A stretch of DNA of 63,282 nucleotides, filler included, from Octopus bimaculoides (lineage: Eukaryota), in assembly GCF_001194135.2 (NCBI RefSeq). It is 3 parts of 3 records of this genome, joined end to end, with 100 filler letters (N's around TTAATTAATTAA, not from the genome) between each part and the next. Parts side by side here need not be neighbours in the genome. Positions count along the whole stretch, not along the records: positions 42,307 to 63,282 come from NC_068985.1; 2 more parts are not named here. One strand, 5' to 3'. Of this stretch, positions 53,794-63,282 are shown in pieces. The notes below the pieces were generated by a model, which saw only the letters and a program-made list of their open reading frames with translations, searched no databases and was not told the origin of the DNA. The position numbers and the translations under genes were made by a program. Position 1 is the first letter of the stretch. Every line of letters starts with the position of its first letter.

Positions 53794-54718
53794 NNNNNNN
53801 NNNNNNNNNNNNNNNNNNNNNNNNNNNNNNNNNNNNNNNNNNNNNNNNNNNNNNNNNNNNNNNNNNNNNNNNNNNNNNNNNNNNNNNNNNNNNNNNNNNN
53901 NNNNNNNNNNNNNNNNNNNNNNNNNNNNNNNNNNNNNNNNNNNNNNNNNNNNNNNNNNNNNNNNNNNNNNNNNNNNNNNNNNNNNNNNNNNNNNNNNNNN
54001 NNNNNNNNNNNNNNNNNNNNNNNNNNNNNNNNNNNNNNNNNNNNNNNNNNNNNNNNNNNNNNNNNNNNNNNNNNNNNNNNNNNNNNNNNNNNNNNNNNNN
54101 NNNNNNNNNNNNNNNNNNNNNNNNNNNNNNNNNNNNNNNNNNNNNNNNNNNNNNNNNNNNNNNNNNNNNNNNNNNNNNNNNNNNNNNNNNNNNNNNNNNN
54201 NNNNNNNNNNNNNNNNNNNNNNNNNNNNNNNNNNNNNNNNNNNNNNNNNNNNNNNNNNNNNNNNNNNNNNNNNNNNNNNNNNNNNNNNNNNNNNNNNNNN
54301 NNNNNNNNNNNNNNNNNNNNNNNNNNNNNNNNNNNNNNNNNNNNNNNNNNNNNNNNNNNNNNNNNNNNNNNNNNNNNNNNNNNNNNNNNNNNNNNNNNNN
54401 NNNNNNNNNNNNNNNNNNNNNNNNNNNNNNNNNNNNNNNNNNNNNNNNNNNNNNNNNNNNNNNNNNNNNNNNNNNNNNNNNNNNNNNNNNNNNNNNNNNN
54501 NNNNNNNNNNNNNNNNNNNNNNNNNNNNNNNNNNNNNNNNNNNNNNNNNNNNNNNNNNNNNNNNNNNNNNNNNNNNNNNNNNNNNNNNNNNNNNNNNNNN
54601 NNNNNNNNNNNNNNNNNNNNNNNNNNNNNNNNNNNNNNNNNNNNNNNNNNNNNNNNNNNNNNNNNNNNNNNNNNNNNNNNNNNNNNNNNNNNNNNNNNNN
54701 NNNNNNNNNNNNNNNNNN

Positions 54719-54771
<53 letters not shown>

Positions 54772-54979
54772 TATGCATGTGTGTGTGTGCGTGTGTGTGT
54801 ATGTTTGAGTGTGTGTGTGTTTGTGTGATTATATAGGTGTGTATATGCCTACCATACCTCATACTTTGAAATTGAAAGGACTATTCAGAAATTGTGATGG
54901 ACCCGAATTTTCTGATCTGATACTTGATTTAGGTAGAAATTGAATTGCGAATGTTAAGACTAACCTAAATATCAAAAGG

Positions 54980-56064
54980 TCATTTTATCTGTCGCTGTAC
55001 CGATTCTCCAAGACCCCTATTCTTTGTCAGTACATTATTTGTGAGAATACATATTGAGTAACGTGTAATTTTCTGCAAGAAATTATAAGGAGGTGTAATG
55101 TATCTCTTCTGAATGGTTGTTAAAGAAAATTTTGAACGTTCGACCGGCGAAAAGTGAACAATCTTCTGTGGTTCCACCTCACATACTTCTTTCTCCACAG
55201 GCAGTGTAGCACCAATCACTTTTCCCTTCTGTCTCTCCTTGTCTTTTTCTAGTGACGGAGGACATTCCACTCTAATGTGGCCTTTCAGGCCATATTTATA
55301 ACATCGCGGAATTCTCCCTTCCACTCTGACCTTTAAAATCGTCTCTCCCACTGTAATACTTTCGACCATTTTTTCGATGTCCTCCTCCGCGATTTGCACA
55401 GCCATATCAAGGGTTTGTCCCTTCCAGTTCCTATGAGGTATTCTAGTAGCCTGTAGGACCACCACCTTCTCCTCCATTCCAAGTAGTATAGCAGCCACCA
55501 GCCAGGCTTCATCCACATCTGGAGGTATTTCCTCCACCCTAACCCTGCAAGCACGTCTCCCAAGGTATACGGGTAGAAGAACTACCTCATTCATTTTCAG
55601 CGGTGTTGCCGATTGCAGCCTGGTGGTAGCTACCTTTTCGAACTGCACCTCTATCGTTCCAAATCTAATACTTCTGCCTAAGTACGAAATCCCTTGCCAG
55701 ACTGGTCTTAATACCTTTTCTATCTGTACCGTTGACATGTTCTCAATTTTTCCATCTGCCACCGAGTACGTCCTATAAACTACCTTTCTTTCCACTGTTT
55801 TCTTTAAGACTTCTTGGCGGGGGGGGGGGGGGACACCTTCACTACGTTCCCCTCACTTTTCAGCGTTCCCTTTTACTTGCTTGCGTATTCCAGCCATAAG
55901 TCTTCGTACTTTACTTCCGTCGCTGCAGCATAACTTCTATTTTCCATAGCTTTGTCTATTTTCTTCAGGCACTCTACCATTTCTTCCTCAGACGACACAG
56001 AGTCCGAAGGAGGGAAGCTTTCCACGTTTGATACAGAACAACTCCTCACTCGACACCCCTCCAT
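54980..56064 (-). mobile_element. Disrupted retroelement gag/ORF1-like gene with a zinc knuckle (probably non-LTR ORF1); no ORF2/pol seen
   Basis: The 271-aa ORF 55795..54980 contains RCYKYGLKGHIRVECP, a C-x2-C-x4-H-x4-C knuckle with the second Cys changed to Tyr, preceded by a typical ORF1-like region (GRRACRVRVEEIPPDV). The upstream 63-aa ORF 56064..55873 joins it across one TAA and a frameshift at the G14 tract (55819-55832). Confidence 0.75.
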
Positions 56065-56822
56065 TACTCAAGAGGAAAAATGTCGCACAGACAAAAAAAA
56101 AAACAAAAAACACGCCTATCTCACATAAATCCAACGAAACAAATCACGTTAAACCGGAAGCAAGCTTCTTAACACATAGCAGCGCCTGCACTAATATATA
56201 TATATACATATATATATTCCTTATACTAGAATGCTGAATTCTGTTTTAGATATTTTAGAACACTTCACCGTATATCTAGGTTAATACTTCTTAACCTAAA
56301 ACTTAAGCCGTTTTGTGTCTCGTAACTGGGATTTGTTTCAATGAAATTACCTTGAGAGAATTTATATATACATATTTCCAATCCGTGTTCATTATTGAAT
56401 AAAACACATCGTACCAAATATATTATGTGTTTTGTCATCGGTCTGTTGAATCAATGTCTGAAAGGAAATTATCATTGACTTGTGTGCCGATGGCTCAGCA
56501 TGGAGACTAAACTCGTGTCTGGAGCCAGTGAAAGAGTAAAACTATAGGGACAACTAGAAGTACTATTACATATATAGAAGGTAATATTACAGATCAGTCA
56601 GATATCAATGAGTATACAAGACAAAGGTCACTGAAAACATTGGGAAAACCAGGAGAAAAAGAATTTGCTGCTTGTATAATGTATCCCGTTATATGGTCGT
56701 CGTTGTTCTCGTTTATCCCAGGTCAACTTTACTAGAGCAGACCCATAGTTAAATGTATTCAAGACGGAGGTGATCAACTCGTAATTTTTGTCTTCTAGAT
56801 CTATATTAGCCAGTAACTTTGA

Positions 56823-56979
56823 TCATTTATGTGTTTCAGTGATTGGACTGCTGCCATTCTAGGACTCCGCCTTGAGAAGTTTAGTTCAACAAATCGATCA
56901 AGGCGTCGCCCGGTCCAGGACTCGAAACCACAATCTTACGATCATGATGCTGACACCCTAACCACTAAGCCACGCGCCT

Positions 56980-56981
<2 letters not shown>
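56823..56981 (-). mobile_element. tRNA-derived SINE, family C head (GGAGGCGCGTGGCTTAGTGG), joined to a family B-like 3' end
   Basis: Minus strand: A box tggcttagtgg, B box gtttcgagtcc. A plus-strand head fragment ggaggcgcatggctcagtggttag lies at 32200-32231, about 70 bp upstream of the GPCR acceptor. Confidence 0.72.
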
Positions 56982-57057
<76 letters not shown>

Positions 57058-57059
57058 GT

Positions 57060-57224
57060 AAAGGGCGTTCACATAGTTTCCATCCACCAAAACCATTCCC
57101 AAGGCGTTGGTTGGTTTGGAGCTATAGTAGGAGACAATTGCCCAAGTTGCCAGGCGGCGGTATTGAACCCGAAACCACATTGTTGCAAAGCGAGCTACTT
57201 GACCACAGAGCTATGCCTGTGTCT
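57060..57224 (-). mobile_element. Diverged family B SINE 5' half
   Basis: tggtttcgggttcaataccgccgcctggcaacttgggcaattgtctcctactatagc (minus strand). A further head fragment lies at 50273-50341. Confidence 0.65.
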
Positions 57225-59939
57225 AAGAATGTAACCCTGGAAAGGGTATATACTACTATGTTACTGACGACCGGTTTTTTTAAAGTGGTAGTGTGTGACT
57301 TAAGGAAGTTGGTAGCTCGTTGAGGCTCAACGAGACATACTAGTAAGAACATACACAGGTAATTACTTCAACAAAAGGAACCACATCTTATAGCGGAAAC
57401 AATTTAAGATTCTGTAATGAAAGAAACGTACCAAAGTTACTAGACTGTCTTCTTTATTCCTGCATAAGATCTTGAGTTGTGCTCTTGAAACAGACATTGA
57501 TAAAGTCATTGCGTGGGAAGCTGATAAGTAATTCTAACTGATAAATTAATTCCAATTTATATCGCAACATTAGAATGACGTCACAATCACATGACATGTC
57601 TGCAGATGCTTCAGTATTTAGAGGCTTAATGGAAAATACACGATCACACCATATCAGCTTCGAAACACTTGCTTGCTTGACAAAGGTTCTTTTTGAGGAA
57701 AGATTAATCTACGAATAGATGCCATTTGTTGTTATACCAGAATATGCTCCATTATAGATTTTTTTTTTTTACCAGTCTTAGATATAAATTTCACCAGGGT
57801 TACATAATTTTAACTGGTTTGTGTGAAATGTTTCTTGGATAAGTATAATAATTGGTAAATATAGATTTTTTTCTAATATTTTCTTAAAGGTTCGTTCATA
57901 TTTCTTTCATAAGATTTTTTTTATTCTTCACAAACCAAAAGCGTTATGAGTAATTTAATTTTTTATTATTTTTATTTTTTCATATTTTTGGCAGTCAAGT
58001 TTAATATCATCTGCAAATATACACTGAACGAAATCAATTAGATTACCTACACAGAGAAAACGCTGACACTAACTTGGCAATGTTCCAAACTCTTTGTAGT
58101 GTCTGACGGAAGGAAGGAAGAAACCAAACATTTTATATGAAATATGGTATTCTGTTGTCATAAACTAACATTCACATGAAGAGGAGAAAGAAAAATATTG
58201 CAATCACTCAGCACCATTTCATATCTATATGTTACTCCGTACCACTGTACCAGCCATCTAAACTACGTTACATTTTAAACACGCACACACGCGCGCACGC
58301 ACACACATGCTAAGTACATCCATATATGTTCCTCTATATTAAATCAAAACAAAACCATGAGATTATTACAAAATCTTAAGTATGTCGCAACCTAAGACTT
58401 AACACATCAATACGTAATATGTATAAAACGTTGTAACACATAAATGCATATATAGTATACATAATTACTCAATGTGTAAGACAAGGCGGTGAATCGTTGC
58501 AGTAATCGGTCCGGCTGTCTGCGGTCTGAGTTCAAATGCTGTCGAGATTAAATTTGTTTCCCATAACTTCGGGATCGATAATTTTATTCATTGGCCATTC
58601 CTATTTTTTTAATATATATGAAAGAACTCGTTTGTGTCTAGATCTGGACAGAAATGGGTTCTGACGTGTTTAAATTCCTAAGACATACCATATGTCACCA
58701 AAACTTGAGGGCTCCTGACGGGAAAGCAATATATAATATAATATATTATTGGTTCCTACTTCAAAATCGACATTATCAACTTCATTTTCGTCAACGTCAA
58801 TCGCACATTCGTCATCGTCAGCCTCAGTCTCATTACTGTCAGTCGCGATTACGTTGTCAATCTCGATTTCGTCACCGTCAACATAGATGTCGTCAACATT
58901 GCTTAGACTAATATCAATTTATTTATTTATCCATTTATTTGTTTTATGAACAGACATTGACATCAGCTTCCATCTGTCGCGGAATTGTGAAAGAATGTAA
59001 ACATGAAAATGAAGATAAAGATAAAAATTATCACACCATGCATTACCGTAAATATACACACGTACATTTGGCACATCACATGTAAAGCCATTTACCATAT
59101 ACATATACAATACGTCAAAGACAACAATAAATAATATCAGTTTAGCCTCTTATTCATTATGTCATTATCTCCATTTCTAAACTCTCGTAACATATTCCTA
59201 AAATACACAGTTCAATCATTTTCGTTAATCGAAATCAGTTCAATATCGATTCTACCTAGATGTTTTGTCTCTTTCTTGTATCACCTAACTGTCTTGATGT
59301 TTTGCGTTCTTGTTCCATTCTGTATTATATATATAGTTGCAGAAAGATTATTTATTGCTAAATATTATAAAAAGATAATATATAGTTCAAAATCCAATTT
59401 TTACATATAAAAGATGGAGGTGGAAATAGCACAGACATGTTCTTGATTCTCAGACAGAAATTTCAACTTTTTATTAATTTTTACTGATATTTGATACGAT
59501 AAGATTCATGGAAACCGGTGATAACTTCTTCATATAATTTTAAAAAGTCATTTTATTAAATTCCTTCTTAAATTGAAATGTCTGAAACTTCCTTCTGTGC
59601 TNNNNNNNNNNNNNNNNNNNNNNNNNNNNNNNNNNNNNNNNNNNNNNNNNNNNNNNNNNNNNNNNNNNNNNNNNNNNNNNNNNNNNNNNNNNNNNNNNNN
59701 NNNNNNNATATATATATATATATACAGACATGCAGGAAGTAAATAGACGCCTTTAATTTTCAAAATCTTTTATTTAAAACGCAAAGCGAACAATTGAAAT
59801 GTAATCGATATGTAGGACTACATACTTTAGTATTTCATTGACATTCCTTTTGCAGTTTTTAATTCAGAAACTCTTTTTGGCATTGAACTGATGAGTGGTC
59901 AGTGCGGAAATAAAACCTCATAGGTATATTTTATCAATA

Positions 59940-60130
59940 ATTATAACAAGGGCTTGGCTTGTGCCTCACTACGATCATTTACGCGGTTAACCGAAGTTTT
60001 GATTCATTTCCTTTCTTTTACTAGCCTTTTATGTAGTGTGTTTCTCTCGGAGAACTTATGGCAGTAATAGTGTCTCTTGACGTCTATTTTTCAGTGCGCG
60101 GTGAGGCACAAGCCAAGCCCTTGTTATAAT
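59940..60130. mobile_element. MITE-like element with perfect 30-bp terminal inverted repeats
   Basis: attataacaagggcttggcttgtgcctcac (59940-59969) is the exact reverse complement of 60101-60130, around a 131-bp non-coding interior. The TSD is ambiguous (TA or TTAT-like, inside the palindromic ends). Confidence 0.8.
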
Positions 60131-60524
60131 CATATATATATATACACCCATATATGTATGTCTGCCTGCAGAACATTGCAAAATATGTCACCTCAGGGTG
60201 CAAAGTCATGAATGATTTTGATTATTAGGATTGCCTTAAACCGTTATATCATTATTCTCTCAAACGCTACCATGACCGCTACATCATTTGCGCTATGCAG
60301 AGAATATACGACCACGTTCCACACGCCCATACTTCCCATGCAGAATTCAAGCTCACAACATATGAATACACTGCAATACAACTTCGTTTCCTCAACAGGC
60401 CCTGTTGTATGTAACATTATCCCAAAGCAAATCTAAGAAGAAAAAGATCCTAGCACCTTGAAACCATACCGAGACAAATTTCTTCAATTGTATTTTAGGC
60501 GAATTGTTTTAGACAAACTCGCCG

Positions 60525-60980
60525 GATACCCCTTTCAGCAGCAACCCGCCAAGGTTTGAACACAGTATCTAGTAGCTCCACACAGCCTTCTGAATTGAGC
60601 CTAAGACCTGTTGAAATATGCGTGGTCGAACTCTGGTGTTTGGACACAGTCAGAACGTGCTTTGTCCCTTCCTGCTGGTTGCAACTTTTCAGTCTCCGTT
60701 TCAGCTGCCCATGTCATGTGTTGCAACCTTTACAGTGTTCATAGAGCAATGAGCAACAGTCATGAGGTTGGCATTTTGATACTCGGCGCGAATCATCATG
60801 ATACAAGTAACTGTTTTCTAATATTTAGATGAATTTCAGTCCTCCATGTCAGCTAACCCTTTCTCAACTACATCTTAAAAGTTTATGCTCTCCAATACCG
60901 TTGCCTGTTCATCAATATATCCACCTGTTCCTCAAAAAAAATGAGAATAAAGATTTCCAAATTTGCCCGAACACGCAGTA
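60525..60980 (-). mobile_element. Internally deleted, pseudogenised Tc1/mariner-superfamily (maT/DD37D-like) transposase remnant
   Basis: Manual minus-strand translation gives CIMMIRAEYQNANLMTVAHCSMNTVKVA..NGD*KVATSRK, then (frameshift) RSDCVQTPEF, joined to HI..GLRLNSEGCVELLDTVFKPWRVAA. These resemble N-terminal and catalytic-domain segments of mariner-like transposases as I recall them. tactgcgtgttcgggcaaat at 60961-60980 (-) looks like a degenerate TACAGGGTG-type TIR. Needs tblastn confirmation. Confidence 0.55.
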
Positions 60981-62527
60981 TGTTTATACGTGTGTGTGTG
61001 TGTTGCGTGTATGTATAATATAAACTAAAAGGGATCTACGAGAAATAAGTGAAAGTGAAGAATGGCTCATACCAATAAATTCTGAATTTAATGAAGTTTC
61101 GTGCCTGAGTCAGAGTCATGGAACAAAAGCTTAACGGCAGTTGTAAGGATCTCTAACGGAAGAGGTGGCAATAATATCATGATCGATAATAATTCCAAGG
61201 GTGGATTTACATGCTTGTGAAATTGCAGCCTGATCTTTGTTTGCAGGCAAAGGAAAAAAAACAAAAAAAACTATGGACACATGTCTCGGTGTAATTTATG
61301 ACATCGTCAGCATTGTTACCATTGTACAGTCTTGCAATGCCTGCACATAATGCTTGTTTTTTTTAATGTATTTATATAAAGAAAAGTATTTATAATCTAA
61401 GTTAATCCCAGCGAAAAACAGCAAGCTCCTTTTCTTGTAAGTAAAAATACAAACAAAAGCAAAAAGGAAATTACTTGCGGGTATTGATGAGATCATAAAT
61501 TAGTCTGAGCAGTATATCCATAGTTATTTTCAGTAGTTATCCTTCGCTTACAAACAAAGATCGGACTATACTTTGAACAAGGAAATAAATCCATCGAAAG
61601 AATTACTTTTTGATTTGTTGAAATTATCTCTTTCTTTCCTTCTGAGTTATTAACANNNNNNNNNNNNNNNNNNNNNNNNNNNNNNNNNNNNNNNNNNNNN
61701 NNNNNNNNNNNNNNNNNNNNNNNNNNNNNNNNNNNNNNNNNNNNNNNNNNNNNNNNNNNNNNNNNNNNNNNNNNNNNNNNNNNNNNNNNNNNNNNNNNNN
61801 NNNNNNNNNNNNNNNNNNNNNNNNNNNNNNNNNNNNNNNNNNNNNNNNNNNNNNNNNNNNNNNNNNNNNNNNNNNNNNNNNNNNNNNNNNNNNNNNNNNN
61901 NNNNNNNNNNNNNNNNNNNNNNNNNNNNNNNNNNNNNNNNNNNNNNNNNNNNNNNNNNNNNNNNNNNNNNNNNNNNNNNNNNNNNNNNNNNNNNNNNNNN
62001 NNNNNNNNNNNNNNNNNNNNNNNNNNNNNNNNNNNNNNNNNNNNNNNNNNNNNNNNNNNNNNNNNNNNNNNNNNNNNNNNNNNNNNNNNNNNNNNNNNNN
62101 NNNNNNNNNNNNNNNNNNNNNNNNNNNNNNNNNNNNNNNNNNNNNNNNNNNNNNNNNNNNNNNNNNNNNNNNNNNNNNNNNNNNNNNNNNNNNNNNNNNN
62201 NNNNNNNNNNNNNNNNNNNNNNNNNNNNNNNNNNNNNNNNNNNNNNNNNNNNNNNNNNNNNNNNNNNNNNNNNNNNNNNNNNNNNNNNNNNNNNNNNNNN
62301 NNNNNNNNNNNNNNNNNNNNNNNNNNNNNNNNNNNNNNNNNNNNNNNNNNNNNNNNNNNNNNNNNNNNNNNNNNNNNNNNNNNNNNNNNNNNNNNNNNNN
62401 NNNNNNNNNNNNNNNNNNNNNNNNNNNNNNNNNNNNNNNNNNNNNNNNNNNNNNNNNNNNNNNNNNNNNNNNNNNNNNNNNNNNNNNNNNNNNNNNNNNN
62501 NNNNNNNNNNNNNNNNNNNNNNNNNNN

Positions 62528-62582
<55 letters not shown>

Positions 62583-62676
62583 TATATATATATGGATTAT
62601 TATTACCGTTATTAATGGTATTAATAAGGTAATAATAAGGTAGCAAGCAAGTTCACACGGTTATAGGCACAATATA

Positions 62677-63243
62677 AGGCAAATTTAGATTCAGTAGGAT
62701 ATATAATACCACTTGCAAAAATCAGAGCCAAGGTTCCAAAACCACCATAAACTCACAATAAAGATACACAAGAGCAATGCAAGGAGCATATGAGAAATAG
62801 GCTTACCTTTGCGTTGAATACATCAGTTAAGTAATGTATATTTCAATACCAATTGATTTCACGCTCTATATGACCAACATACTCTGGGATTTTCAGTTGA
62901 AAATAACATTTTTAACATCTATTTCTAAAATATTCACTACATTAGTTCGTGTGCGTTTAAAGTAAGGAACGCACACGAACTAATGTAGTGAATATTTTAG
63001 TAATAGATGTTAAAATGTTATTTTCAACTGAAGATCCCAGAGCATGTTGGTTATACAGTAGGTGTAATCAATTGGTATTGAAATATATATTACTTACTGA
63101 TGTATTAAACGCAAAGGTAAGCCTATTTCTAATGTGTTCATTGCATTGCTCGTGTGTATCATTATTGTGAGTTTATGGTGGTTTTGGAGTCTTGGTTCCG
63201 ATTTTAGCAAGTGATATTATATACTCTACTGAGTCTAAATTTG

Positions 63244-63246
<3 letters not shown>
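62677..63246. repeat. Long fold-back palindrome: two ~280-bp inverted arms around a 10-nt loop
   Basis: 62677-62957 is the reverse complement of 62968-63246 at about 90% identity by manual alignment. The innermost 33 bp are perfect and the loop is taaagtaagg (62958-62967). Confidence 0.95.

Positions 63247-63282
<36 letters not shown>

Noticed and set aside
30838-56981. A-box/B-box sequences considered as tRNA genes (30838-30930, 32200-32231, 56908-56981 and SINE heads)
   Set aside because: None gives a complete cloverleaf, and most continue into repeated SINE bodies.
59886-59912. ctgatgag...ggaaa and ctgatgaagg (51640-51680) as hammerhead ribozyme cores
   Set aside because: Stem II and stems I/III cannot be paired convincingly; these are likely chance matches.

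Overview
This is AT-rich, microsatellite-saturated eukaryotic DNA from a gapped draft assembly. The SINE families and repeat landscape resemble Octopus (coleoid cephalopod); that assignment is an inference from recalled repeat sequences, not a database hit. Only one host coding segment is convincing: a 375-bp internal exon (32303-32677, +) of a cholecystokinin/sulfakinin-type class A GPCR (TM3 to the start of ICL3), with canonical AG/GT sites and phase 1 at both ends. No other exon of this gene was recognised, so most or all of the window is probably very large introns. The rest is mobile-element debris: three tRNA-derived SINE families (two insertions with perfect 17- and 19-bp TSDs), a disrupted gag/ORF1-like retroelement gene with a zinc knuckle (54980-56064, -), an internally deleted Tc1/mariner transposase remnant, and several MITEs (hAT/Charlie-type, mariner-type, one with a 30-bp TIR). 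The least explained signals are a ~570-bp fold-back palindrome at the right end, a cryptic 16-bp-period array ~870 bp upstream of the exon, a ~2.5-kb block with decayed minus-strand reading frames (possible endogenous viral element or old TE), and a compact antisense promoter-like motif cluster. Almost all ORFs in the supplied track are microsatellite or N-gap artefacts. No rRNA, bona fide tRNA gene or CRISPR array was seen, and I found no clearly novel multi-gene system.
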